The notes below the pieces were generated by a model that worked only from the letters and a program-made list of their open reading frames with translations, was not told where the DNA came from and did not search any database. The translations under genes and the position numbers were made by a program. Below are positions 1 to 8,904 of a stretch of DNA of 64,000 nt, in pieces; the stretch's first letter is position 1, and every line of letters starts with the position of its first letter. Origin of the DNA: Gemmatimonadaceae bacterium (lineage in GTDB: Bacteria; Gemmatimonadota; Gemmatimonadetes; Gemmatimonadales; Gemmatimonadaceae); contig JBHYGA010000004.1 in assembly GCA_051859245.1 (NCBI GenBank), positions 160,001 through 224,000 of the forward strand. Direction: 5' to 3'.

Positions 1-726
1 CTGCAGGACTATGACCGCGCCCTCGTGATCGGCACCACGTCGTTCGGCAAAGGACTTGTGCAGTCGCTCTATCCGCTCGACGGTGGTTACGCGCTCAAGA
101 TCACCACGGGCAAGTGGTATACGCCGAGCGGCCGCAGCATTCAGAAGGACCGCAAGCAGGGTGATGCGTTTGTACTCGATGCGATTGCCGACACCGCGGT
201 GACGGATACGTCGCGCAACGATCGCCCGGTGTACAAGTCTACGGGCGGACGTGTGGTCTACGGCGGCGGCGGCATTACGCCTGACGTCATGATCGTGCCC
301 GACACGATCAGCTCGGCGGAACAGGCCGTGCGTCGCATTTTCCTGCCCAAGACGGGTGCAGTGTTCAGCATCGTGGGTGAAATCGCCCTGGAGCTGAAAG
401 ACAAAGTGAAGCCGGACTTCACGTTGCAGCCCGAGTGGATCGAGACCTTCTACACGCGCCTTGATACGGCCGGCGTCAAGATCGATCGCCCCACGTGGGA
501 AGCCGGTCGTCGCGAGGCGGAACGGTACCTCGAAACGCGCATTGCCCGCACGGCCTTTGGCGACACGCTGACCAAGCGTCGCGAAATCAAGGACGACAAT
601 CAGCTTCGCAAGGCCATGGAACTGCTGCGCAAGGGCAACACGCAGAGTGAGCTGTTCGTCGCGGCCAAGGCCGACATGGCCAAGCCGGTCGCCCGCACCG
701 GGGCGAATCGGGGCGGCGCGCAGTAA
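1..726 (+). CDS. S41 family C-terminal processing peptidase, 5'-truncated by window edge
   Basis: Frame is open from base 1 (LQDYDRALVIGTTSFGKGLVQ). Contains ALKITTGKWYTPSGRSIQ, GGGGITPD and a DNQL C-terminal motif typical of CtpA/Prc. Confidence 0.9.
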   Translation: MQDYDRALVIGTTSFGKGLVQSLYPLDGGYALKITTGKWYTPSGRSIQKDRKQGDAFVLDAIADTAVTDTSRNDRPVYKSTGGRVVYGGGGITPDVMIVPDTISSAEQAVRRIFLPKTGAVFSIVGEIALELKDKVKPDFTLQPEWIETFYTRLDTAGVKIDRPTWEAGRREAERYLETRIARTAFGDTLTKRREIKDDNQLRKAMELLRKGNTQSELFVAAKADMAKPVARTGANRGGAQ

Positions 727-801
727 GTGCGGCCGGACCGTTGGCAGTGACTCCGTGATCCTACGGATTGTCTGGCACGCGGGAGTCTTTTACGCTCCCG
801 C

Positions 802-1926
802 ATGCCTGCCAATCCAAGACTTTCCTCGCGTGCTGCGGCGCGCGCCCTCAGCGCTGTCGCTTTCGCGCTCCTGATCACCGCCTGCGGCGAAAAGCCCGAG
901 GCTGAAGCACCCCTCACCGCCGAAGCAGAGCCCAGCAGCTCGCCGATGGTGATGATTGAGCCTGATTCGGCGGAGCGCCCGTTCCTCGCGAACGTTCGCC
1001 AGCTCACCTTCGGCGGTGAAAACGCCGAAGCGTACTGGAGCGCCAACGGGCAGTACATCACGTTCCAGAGCACGCGTGACGGCCGCACCTGCGACCAGCA
1101 ATACGTGATGCGCGCCGACGGCTCCGATGTGAAGCAGATCTCGGTGGGTGGCAAAACCACCTGTGGCTTCTTCTACAACAACGACAGCCGTGTGTTTTTC
1201 GCCGCCACCCATCATGCGGATACGGCGTGCCCGGTGAAGCCCGATCCGTCGCAGGGGTACGTGTGGCCGCTCGACAAGTTCGACATCTACACGTCGAAGC
1301 CCGACGGCAGCGATCTGCAGCGTCTCACGAACTACGGTGTGTACACAGCGGAGGGCATTCTCTCGCCCGACGGCAAAACGATTGTGTTCACGTCCACGAA
1401 AGACGGTGATCTCGACATCTACACCATGAATGTCGACGGCACGAACGTGAAGCGTCTTACGAACACGCCCGGTTACGACGGCGGCCCGTGGTGGTCACCC
1501 GATGGCACGAAAATCGTGTATCGCGCGCACCATCCCAAGGATTCGGCCGAGCTTGCGCAGTACAACGATCTGCTGTCAAAGAACATGATTCGCCCGAGCA
1601 AAGTGGAGCTGTTCGTGATGAACGCCGATGGCAGCAACCAGACGCAGATCACCACGCTGGGCGGCGCCAACTTTGGTCCCTCGTGGACGCCTGACGGCAA
1701 GCGCATTCTGTTCTCGTCGAATCACAGCAATCCGCGTAGCCGCGACTTCAACCTGTACGTGGTGAATCTCGACGGTACCGGTCTCACGCAGATCACCACG
1801 CACCCCGAGTTTGACGGCTTCCCGATGTTCAGCCCGGACGGCACCAAGATCATCTGGGCGTCGAACCGGAACGCCAAGTCAGAAGGCGAAACAAACCTGT
1901 TCGTGGCCGATTGGGTCGGCAAATAA
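802..1926 (+). CDS. TolB-like PD40 beta-propeller lipoprotein
   Basis: Lipobox LITAC. Repeated (W/F)SPDG(K/T)xIxF PD40 units. Confidence 0.85.
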   Translation: MPANPRLSSRAAARALSAVAFALLITACGEKPEAEAPLTAEAEPSSSPMVMIEPDSAERPFLANVRQLTFGGENAEAYWSANGQYITFQSTRDGRTCDQQYVMRADGSDVKQISVGGKTTCGFFYNNDSRVFFAATHHADTACPVKPDPSQGYVWPLDKFDIYTSKPDGSDLQRLTNYGVYTAEGILSPDGKTIVFTSTKDGDLDIYTMNVDGTNVKRLTNTPGYDGGPWWSPDGTKIVYRAHHPKDSAELAQYNDLLSKNMIRPSKVELFVMNADGSNQTQITTLGGANFGPSWTPDGKRILFSSNHSNPRSRDFNLYVVNLDGTGLTQITTHPEFDGFPMFSPDGTKIIWASNRNAKSEGETNLFVADWVGK

Positions 1927-2057
1927 CGCAGTGAACGGATGCCCGCGCGCACCGCTTGGTGCGTCCGGGGATCCTGAGTGACACGGCAGCCCGTTAGTTT
2001 GAGAGGAGTGGCGCGCATGCGCGCCCGCCTGTCACCCGCTGCCTGGGAGCCTCTGCC

Positions 2058-3155
2058 GTGCTTGCGCTCGCAATACTTGGTCTCATTGCTCTGGCCGTGA
2101 TCTTCTCGTCGGTGAAAATCATCGGTCAGGCTGAAGTCATGGTGGTTGAGCGGCTCGGCCGCTTTGATCGTGTGGCCCGCTCGGGATTGAACATTCTCAT
2201 CCCGTTCATTGAGCGCCCACGATCCATCGAAGTGCGATTCTTCGATTCCGATCCCGGCGGTCTCAAGCGTGTGGTGCAGTCGGTCACGGCGCGCATCGAT
2301 CTGCGTGAACAAGTGCTGAACTTTCCGAGTCAGCCGGTAATCACCAAAGACAACGTCACGATCGATATTGACGCGGTACTCTACTACCGCGTGGCCGATC
2401 CGCAAAAGGCCACGTACTCAGTGGCGAATCTTCCGTACGCGCTCGAAACGCTCACGCGCACCACGCTGCGAAATATTGTTGGCGAGATGGAGCTCGATTC
2501 CACGCTCTCCAGCCGCGATGTGATCAACACGCGCATGCGTGAAGTGATTGAAGAAGCATCGATTGGTTGGGGCGTTGACGTCACACGTGTGGAACTGCAG
2601 AGCATTGAACCGCCGCGCGACATTCAGCAGAGCATGGAGCTGCAAATGCGCGCCGAGCGTGAGCGTCGTGCGGCGGTCACGAACGCCGAAGCGAGCAAGC
2701 GCGCTGCGGTGCTCGAAGCGGAAGGTTTGCGTGAGTCGCAGGTGCGCAAAGCTGAGGGTGAGCGTGAAGCGTCGATTTTGCGCGCACAAGGTTTGGCCGA
2801 AGCACGACTTGCGATGGCGGAAGCAGAAGCGGCGGCGATTACGCGCATTGCCGGTGCGCTTCCCGATGGACAAGCGTCGACGTACTTGCTCGGACTCAAG
2901 TACCTCGAAGCGCTGCCACAACTCGCGGCGGGCAAAGGCTCAACCGTGTTCCTGCCTGTGGAAGCATCTGGTGTGATGGGTGCACTTGGCGGATTGCGTG
3001 AGCTGCTGCGTGCGCGTGAGGCCGACGACACATCGCCGGGCAGTGCGCCGCTTCGCAAGCCGGCGCCGTCTCCATCGCTCGGCTTTCCGGACCCGATGCG
3101 CGGCATGCTCGGCACCGGTCGCGACGCGACGCGCGACGACGAAAACAAAGGCTGA
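2058..3155 (+). CDS. SPFH/band-7 (stomatin/paraslipin-like) membrane protein
   Basis: N-terminal TM helix. VVERLGRF, IDLREQV, VITKDNV and SMELQMRAERERRA coiled-coil. GGGAG RBS. Confidence 0.92.
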   Translation: MLALAILGLIALAVIFSSVKIIGQAEVMVVERLGRFDRVARSGLNILIPFIERPRSIEVRFFDSDPGGLKRVVQSVTARIDLREQVLNFPSQPVITKDNVTIDIDAVLYYRVADPQKATYSVANLPYALETLTRTTLRNIVGEMELDSTLSSRDVINTRMREVIEEASIGWGVDVTRVELQSIEPPRDIQQSMELQMRAERERRAAVTNAEASKRAAVLEAEGLRESQVRKAEGEREASILRAQGLAEARLAMAEAEAAAITRIAGALPDGQASTYLLGLKYLEALPQLAAGKGSTVFLPVEASGVMGALGGLRELLRAREADDTSPGSAPLRKPAPSPSLGFPDPMRGMLGTGRDATRDDENKG

Positions 3156-3373
3156 TGAGCATTACGCAGGAACGTGCAGAACGTATTGCTCGTGCGCACG
3201 CGTGCTCCGGTTGCAAGGAGTACACATGGCGCAAAGTGAGCGTCAAGCCGAGCAGCGCCGCACTGCGCGAGTCGCTGCTGGTGGTGTGGAGTGCGTCGCT
3301 TAAATGCGGGATTTGCGGGAACGAGCAAGAGCTCGGGATCGACGACGACGGGGATATTGTTTTTGAGGGGTAG
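3155..3373 (+). CDS. small putative zinc-ribbon protein (72 aa)
   Basis: CSGC and CGIC pairs. TGATG stop/start overlap with the SPFH gene. Confidence 0.7.
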   Translation: MSITQERAERIARAHACSGCKEYTWRKVSVKPSSAALRESLLVVWSASLKCGICGNEQELGIDDDGDIVFEG

Positions 3374-4346
3374 TGCGCGTCGCGGCTCTCGGCGCGGTGC
3401 AACTGTCCTGACTTTCGTGAGCATAGCGCTCTTGGCGTGCGGTGGCACACCCGACACATCCGGCCCACCGCCAACGGCCACACGTTCCGCGCGCATCGTG
3501 ATCTCGGCGCCGGATACGATTGCGGCGTCAACACGCACACCGATTTCCGCGCGTCTCGTTGACAGCACGGGCGCGACCATCGCCGGTGGCAGCTTTGTGT
3601 TCACCGTTGAGGAAGGCGCGCAGTACGCATCGGTGTCGATCAACAGCGAACTCGCGGGAGCACCGTTTGTCACGGTTCAGCCGCGTGCTGTACGCGTCGC
3701 CGTGCAGGTGAACGACGTGCCGAACAATGTGGTGTTGCAAGAACGAACCGTGAGCAAGGCCGTGGCCGTGATAAGCCGCATTGCGTCCATGCGCCCGGTC
3801 GTGAGCGCGACGTCGTTGCTCACTGGCGACACGGCGCGCCTCACGTTATCGACCGTGTTCCGTGCCGGTGCAGAATCCGGTCCGCCGCGCGACATGCTGC
3901 TCTGGTATGTGGACAGCGAGTTTGCAGCGCTCGACAACACCGGCGTTGTTGTGGCCCGCGTGATGCCGTCGCTCTTGCCCCGCACCGCGCGCATCTGGGC
4001 GCGTACCGAAGGTGTACTCAGCGACACTGCGTTGCTCACTCTCGTGCCACCACCGGCGGTGGAGCGTTTTCAGGTGCGCACCGTTCCAGACGGTTTGTCG
4101 AACACGCTTAAGGTCGGTACGTCACGCCTGTACGACGTCGTGTTCATTGGTGCAGGCGGAGCGGTGCTACCATCGCCGCGGTACTCGCGTGCTGATCTGC
4201 TCTCGCAGGATCAGGTCACGGGTATCACGGCCGGTAACACCGTGTTCTGCGAGATTCCGGGCGTGAGTGAGGTCGAGGTGTTCTACCCAAAGCGCGACGG
4301 CGAGAATCCCGTGCGGTTCGCCTTCAACGTGACGTGTGTCCCGTAA
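3363..4346 (+). CDS. putative lipoprotein with Ig-like (Big) domains; start uncertain
   Basis: Lipobox LLAC after a basic N-region, beta-rich repeats. TTG start chosen within ORF 3291..4346. Confidence 0.55.
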   Translation: MRGSARRGSRRGATVLTFVSIALLACGGTPDTSGPPPTATRSARIVISAPDTIAASTRTPISARLVDSTGATIAGGSFVFTVEEGAQYASVSINSELAGAPFVTVQPRAVRVAVQVNDVPNNVVLQERTVSKAVAVISRIASMRPVVSATSLLTGDTARLTLSTVFRAGAESGPPRDMLLWYVDSEFAALDNTGVVVARVMPSLLPRTARIWARTEGVLSDTALLTLVPPPAVERFQVRTVPDGLSNTLKVGTSRLYDVVFIGAGGAVLPSPRYSRADLLSQDQVTGITAGNTVFCEIPGVSEVEVFYPKRDGENPVRFAFNVTCVP

Positions 4347-4381
4347 GCCGCTGACTTACGCGCGCTGAAACACGCCTCGCA

Positions 4382-4948
4382 TCAAAACGCGATCCCAATT
4401 CCGAAGTATGGATTCCACGACGCCAGTGTTCCGTAGCGCGGTCTGATTTCGTAGCGCAGTGAGAGCCCAGGTGCATCTGGTTCGCCGAAGTGCGCGCGCA
4501 CTCCATAAATGCCGCTCACCCATCCGCCGCCATTCACTCTGCCAAACTCTGACACGCTGCCACCGTATTCATGCCAGAACCAGGAGCCGGCGATGGATGC
4601 GGACGCGAACAGCTGTGCGTTACGAATGTGCACCGGTGGACTTTCCAAACCCAGTCGTGCGGTGCCCATGTCTGTGCGCCGTGTTCCTGTTCCGCCCGGC
4701 ACGGACCGGTCTTGCAGGTTGAAGGTGCCCCCAATACCGGAAATCACGCGAACTCCCGCTACTTGGAAGAAGTCCGCCTGAATCAGCGCCGTTGTCACCA
4801 GGTGCGCGCGCGAGATGTTTGAAAAGTGCCCAACACCGGCATCTACAACGAGGCCGGCATGCTGCGCCTCAAGCGGCGGTGTGATGCCAACGAGAGCAGC
4901 GAGTAACACACACGGCGCAGCGCGTTGTATCCGATAGCGCGCAGTCAC
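4382..4948 (-). CDS. hypothetical outer-membrane beta-barrel protein
   Basis: Signal peptide ending LEA|Q, amphipathic strands, C-terminal YFGIGIAF barrel signature. Confidence 0.55.
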   Translation of the reverse strand: MTARYRIQRAAPCVLLAALVGITPPLEAQHAGLVVDAGVGHFSNISRAHLVTTALIQADFFQVAGVRVISGIGGTFNLQDRSVPGGTGTRRTDMGTARLGLESPPVHIRNAQLFASASIAGSWFWHEYGGSVSEFGRVNGGGWVSGIYGVRAHFGEPDAPGLSLRYEIRPRYGTLASWNPYFGIGIAF

Positions 4949-5011
4949 TGTTTGGTGATATGCATGCTACCGATACAACGCGCCCACGCGATCGTTCCGC
5001 CGTAGACGCAG

Positions 5012-5536
5012 TTACGCCGCGACCGCTTCCGGCGCCGCCTGCACTTCGAGCTCCAGCTTCACGTCATCCGACACCAGCACACCACCCGCTTCGAGCGCGG
5101 CGTTCCACGTGAGGCCCCACTCCTTGCGCGAGATCTTCGTGGACAGCGTGGCGCTCACCTTGGTGTTGCCCCACGGATCCTTGGCCGGCCCGCCCACTTC
5201 GCCGGTGAGTGCGACGGGCTTCGTGATGCCACGAATCGTCAGTTCGCCATGCGCCTTGAGCGATTCGCCGTTGCGCTCGGTGCTCACGAGGCGGAACGTC
5301 GCGGTCGGGAATGTCGTCACGTCAAAGAAGTCCGCCGAACGCAGATGATCATCGCGCTGCGTGGAGCCGGTGTTCAGCGTGGCGACATCCACGGCCACAT
5401 CGGCGCCGCTGATCACGCCGTCGTTTTCGTCGATCGTGCCGCTGAGCGTTCCGAATGATCCGCGCACGGTGGAGATGCCCATGTGCTTGACGGAAAACGT
5501 GATCTGACTGTGTGCTGGATCGATTGCCCACTTCAT
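5012..5536 (-). CDS. yceI: YceI family lipid/polyisoprenoid-binding protein
   Basis: WAIDPAHSQITFSVKHMG, RDDHLRSADFFD, GELTIRGITKPV, DPWG. GAGGA RBS. Confidence 0.93.
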   Translation of the reverse strand: MKWAIDPAHSQITFSVKHMGISTVRGSFGTLSGTIDENDGVISGADVAVDVATLNTGSTQRDDHLRSADFFDVTTFPTATFRLVSTERNGESLKAHGELTIRGITKPVALTGEVGGPAKDPWGNTKVSATLSTKISRKEWGLTWNAALEAGGVLVSDDVKLELEVQAAPEAVAA

Positions 5537-5598
5537 GGCGGAGTTCCTCGTGATGGCGTAAGTAGATGGCGACCAATAGAAAAGTCGCTCACACGTTG

Positions 5599-5640
5599 TA
5601 TTCTCAGTACTAAGATATATTCGCCAGCGGTGGTGCGCAA
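5599..5640 (-). promoter_or_regulatory. sigma70-type promoter of yceI (TTGCGC-17-TATCTT) overlapped by an imperfect palindrome, probable MarR operator
   Basis: Minus strand -35 at 5640-5635 and -10 at 5617-5612. Imperfect palindrome TCTCAGTACTAAGA at 5602-5615. Confidence 0.5.
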
Positions 5641-5695
5641 GTGGGCAATAGGTACTTCGACCCGCGTGACGCGCGTCGGCCTGATTGAGCGACCG

Positions 5696-6253
5696 CTACA
5701 CGCCCCGCGTCGATGAGAACTCAGCCGCCGCGGCTCCGTGACCGAGCCGCTTGAGCAGTGACGCTGCCATCGCCTGCTCTTCGGGCGTGAGAGCGCCCAC
5801 GGCGCGCTCAATCATCGCGGCATGCTCCGGAAAAATGCGAGCGATCAACGCTTCGCCGTCTGCGGTGAGCGCGGCGTAGCGCGCGCGACGATCGGAAGGG
5901 CACTCCTGCCGCTCCACGAGCCCCTTGGCCACCAAACGGTCCACCAGGAAGGTGATACCACCGCTGGAGACCAGAATGCGGCGCTGCACCTCGCCCAGCA
6001 GCATGGCGCCGCGATGGTAGAGGGCCTCGAGAATCGCGAACTCGGTGAGCGTAAGCCCGTGGCGGGCCACATCGTCGGCCACGTGTGCACTGACCGCCAC
6101 CTGGGCACGAGACAGGACCACCCACAGCTTGAGCGCTGCCGCCGTGTCCTCGCTCACGTCGAGCGGGTGCGCCGTTCCGGCCACGATGCCGTGGGACTCG
6201 GTCGGCTCGTGAAGGACTGCTGTGCTGGTATCGGATTTTTCGTGAACAGGCAT
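5696..6253 (-). CDS. MarR family transcriptional regulator (MhqR-like)
   Basis: LKLWVVLSRA, GLTLTEFAILEALYHRG, SSGGITFLVDRL, DRR wing, IFPEH. ATG at 6253 preferred. Confidence 0.9.
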   Translation of the reverse strand: MPVHEKSDTSTAVLHEPTESHGIVAGTAHPLDVSEDTAAALKLWVVLSRAQVAVSAHVADDVARHGLTLTEFAILEALYHRGAMLLGEVQRRILVSSGGITFLVDRLVAKGLVERQECPSDRRARYAALTADGEALIARIFPEHAAMIERAVGALTPEEQAMAASLLKRLGHGAAAAEFSSTRGV

Positions 6254-6470
6254 AGGTACTTCAAGCCTCAGCATTGTCACAGCGTTGCGCAAGGGTACCC
6301 GTACGGACTCGCGGTTCGGACTCAAGGGACCGAATAACAACCGGCAATCACTGGTTGAACGGTTATTCTCTTATGGCTCAGTAGAGAGATGGACCTGGAA
6401 TCATTATTATGCGGGTGACGCGCTGGTGCGACGGTCGCACCACGCCTCGCACACCCGAAGAGGGGGGGTA

Positions 6471-6680
6471 ATGCGGAAGCCGAGGCCGAACACCTACAAC
6501 CCTGCACAGGCGCTGCACCTGATTGCGAGTGATCGCAGTGCCCTGCCACTGAGCTGTCCGTCTTGTTCCGGTGAGATCACGCGGGAACCCGCGCTGTATC
6601 CACCGCCAACCAACTCACACGTCACGCTCAAATGCGCGGTGTGTGGTCGCTTCGCTCGCTACATCGCCGGCAACGGCTGA
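6471..6680 (+). CDS. small putative zinc-ribbon protein (69 aa)
   Basis: G-rich RBS before ATG 6471. CPSC and CAVC pairs. Followed by a hairpin. Confidence 0.6.
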   Translation: MRKPRPNTYNPAQALHLIASDRSALPLSCPSCSGEITREPALYPPPTNSHVTLKCAVCGRFARYIAGNG

Positions 6681-6710
6681 GCGTCTCCACCTTATCACGC
6701 AGTGAATGCA

Positions 6711-6746
6711 ACAACGCCCCGGCCACTTTGGTAGCCGGGGCGTTGT
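6711..6746. terminator. hairpin between convergent genes
   Basis: ACAACGCCCCGGC / GCCGGGGCGTTGT 13-bp inverted repeat. Confidence 0.65.
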
Positions 6747-6818
6747 CGTTGTGGCAACGGTACACCGTGCACGCGAAACGCGCACGCGCGAAACTCGCAC
6801 GCGCGACACCTGCACGCA

Positions 6819-7103
6819 CTACCAGTTGATCGTGCCCTGCTTGCTCGTGTCCACGTTTTCTGCGTCGCCGGACTTGAACAAAAATCCATCACGATTGCGA
6901 CTGAGAAATGTGCGCGCTTGCGCATCCATCAGGTTCAGGCCGTAGTGATTAATCAGCATGGTCTGCTGTTTCAACCAATCGGCCCAGCACGTTTGACAGA
7001 CTTCAGCGACCAGCCGTTCAGCGGTTGCACCAACAACACCAATCGGTGCTTTCTCAAAACCAGCGCGCGTTTGTCCGCAGCGCTTGCACGTGATATCGGG
7101 CAT
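6819..7103 (-). CDS. yggX: Fe(II)-trafficking / oxidative damage protection protein, YggX-like
   Basis: WxxWLxxQTMLINxYGLNLMDxxARxFL signature. GGAG RBS. Confidence 0.85.
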   Translation of the reverse strand: MPDITCKRCGQTRAGFEKAPIGVVGATAERLVAEVCQTCWADWLKQQTMLINHYGLNLMDAQARTFLSRNRDGFLFKSGDAENVDTSKQGTINW

Positions 7104-7175
7104 GTGTGATCACTCCGTGGCAACAATCGGAAACAGAACATCCGTTGCCACAATCTAGCATGCGCGCGCGCGTGG

Positions 7176-7709
7176 TTAGTGCGGCGGCGCCGGTTCCAGC
7201 CGCAGCAGCGTTGTTGGCGGTGGCGGCGTGGTAACGTTTGGTGCAATCCAGATCACGTCCACCGCGTACACACCGGCAGCCTGCGTTGTGGACAACGTCA
7301 CGCGCTCCGCGCTCCAGGACACCAGTTGGCCGCTGGCGTCAACAATCTGCCAGTCCGGGCCGGGGGCGCCGGCTTCGACCACCAGACGAGCCGGCACATT
7401 GCTGCGCACATCCACCGTGGCGATCCAGGCGCGTTGCGCGAGCTGCGCCGTGGCCGCGTCACCCAGCCGCTCACGCATCAGCGACACACCGGGCCGTGAA
7501 TGTGATGAAATTGCCGTCCGTGTGACGATCGGGACGCTACCCACGAGGGTGTGACGCACCGTATGTAGCGGCGATCCTGCAGCTTGTGCACCGCTCGCCC
7601 GTGGCGCCAACGCCACGATGGCCAGCGCCAGCCACACGCCGGCCAGGCCAACGTGCCTGTGCGGCGCGGCGGGAGGTGCGAATCGGCGGGAGGAACAGAC
7701 AGAGCTCAT
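7176..7709 (-). CDS. secreted pilin-like protein 4 (divergent)
   Basis: Signal peptide ending ASGA|Q. HTLVGSVP and VDVRSN resemble HTLNAVVP and FDVKAN of the 13784 protein. Start uncertain (7709 or 7727). Confidence 0.5.
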   Translation of the reverse strand: MSSVCSSRRFAPPAAPHRHVGLAGVWLALAIVALAPRASGAQAAGSPLHTVRHTLVGSVPIVTRTAISSHSRPGVSLMRERLGDAATAQLAQRAWIATVDVRSNVPARLVVEAGAPGPDWQIVDASGQLVSWSAERVTLSTTQAAGVYAVDVIWIAPNVTTPPPPTTLLRLEPAPPH

Positions 7710-7852
7710 GCCGAAGCGTATCGGCACAGTGCGTGCCGAAGTTGAGCCTCGGCGGGTGGAAATCGCCCCCGAATTCCGGCGTTGTAACGGTAGTGCCTGA
7801 CATCATCGCCGAGGACGGCCGCGAACCGTTACCGAGCCGCACAGGCTGCAGG

Positions 7853-8488
7853 CTAAGGCGCGGTCACGTTGATCGTGAGCGGCAGGCTGTACGTGCCCGG
7901 TGGATTCGTGGCGAAGATCCACCGTACACGAAAGCACAGCTGGCGCAACACACCATTCATGCCGGCATTCGATTGCAGGAGCACACGCGGTGCGTTGCGC
8001 TGAATGGCGATCGGACTGGCGCTGAGCGGGGTCATCTGGACACCGGTACACATGTTCTCGATCGTGGACACGCCGAGGTCCACATCGGAAGCGGACTTGA
8101 ATGCTGGTCCGCTGAAGATCGGTTCGTTGACCAGCGTCACGCTGATTCCAAAGTTGGACTGCGCGCGCAACGTGGGCCCGACAATCACAATGCCGGTATC
8201 GGCGGCGATACTGAATCCGACAGACGCGGCGGCGACGCCACCCGTGAGATCGGTGGTGGTGCGATTGAGTTGCACGAGCGATTGCACGGGCAATTGCACC
8301 GATGCGGTCAGACTCACCGTGCAGGTGCGCGTCTGCCGTCGTCCCGGCTGCTGCACGTTGCAACTCGACTGCGCTGACGCGGCCGTGCTGTGCAACAGGG
8401 GCGCGAACATGATCACACAGATGAATCGTGAGTACACCGTGAATCTTGCTCGGACGGTGTGCAACACACGCTCGCTCGTTGCCCTCAT
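7853..8488 (-). CDS. secreted pilin-like protein 3 (paralogue of 13784..14332)
   Basis: ATGA overlap with upstream gene. AASA|Q signal, 4 Cys in the mature part, ends QLCFRVRWIFATNPPGTYSLPLTINVTAP. Confidence 0.7.
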   Translation of the reverse strand: MRATSERVLHTVRARFTVYSRFICVIMFAPLLHSTAASAQSSCNVQQPGRRQTRTCTVSLTASVQLPVQSLVQLNRTTTDLTGGVAAASVGFSIAADTGIVIVGPTLRAQSNFGISVTLVNEPIFSGPAFKSASDVDLGVSTIENMCTGVQMTPLSASPIAIQRNAPRVLLQSNAGMNGVLRQLCFRVRWIFATNPPGTYSLPLTINVTAP

Positions 8489-8904
8489 GGTTGTCGCACC
8501 AGCACAAACGCGCCCGACGTGAAGGACGCGTCGAGTCCGCTGTCGTGAAACCACGTTCCGGCAATACTGTCTCCCGAAACGCGCCCGATGTGGCGGACGA
8601 CGGCGCCATCGAGCGTTGCTTCAAACTCCATGGCGTCACTGCTACGCCGACCGACAATCAATCCGGCGACGCGCTGCACCTGACCCACCGGATCTGTCCG
8701 CCGAATGTCAAGCATACCTTCGAACCGATCGCCGCCAACGCGGGTGAGCTGCAACGCGCCTTCGAGACGCAACGCGGCGGGTAGACGCTGCTCGCCTGCA
8801 TACCGCCACTGTTCCGTGCTGCCGTTCGGCTCCAGCGAGGCGTTCACACACGCCGTCGCCGATACCAGCACCATGATCAGGAGCGCACGAGGCACGCGAA
8901 TCAT
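8485..8904 (-). CDS. small lipoprotein within the pilus-like locus
   Basis: Lipobox ATAC, all-beta composition, ATGA overlaps at both ends. Confidence 0.65.
   Translation of the reverse strand: MIRVPRALLIMVLVSATACVNASLEPNGSTEQWRYAGEQRLPAALRLEGALQLTRVGGDRFEGMLDIRRTDPVGQVQRVAGLIVGRRSSDAMEFEATLDGAVVRHIGRVSGDSIAGTWFHDSGLDASFTSGAFVLVRQP

Noticed and set aside
6769..6818. Degenerate ~15-bp tandem repeat (GCACGCGCGAAAC-like, 3-4 copies)
   Set aside because: No spacers and no cas genes, so it is a low-complexity intergenic repeat and not a CRISPR array.
7117..7151. GTGGCAAC / GTTGCCAC inverted repeat upstream of yggX
   Set aside because: An 8-bp stem with a long loop and no U-tract; it cannot be distinguished from chance or a weak terminator.
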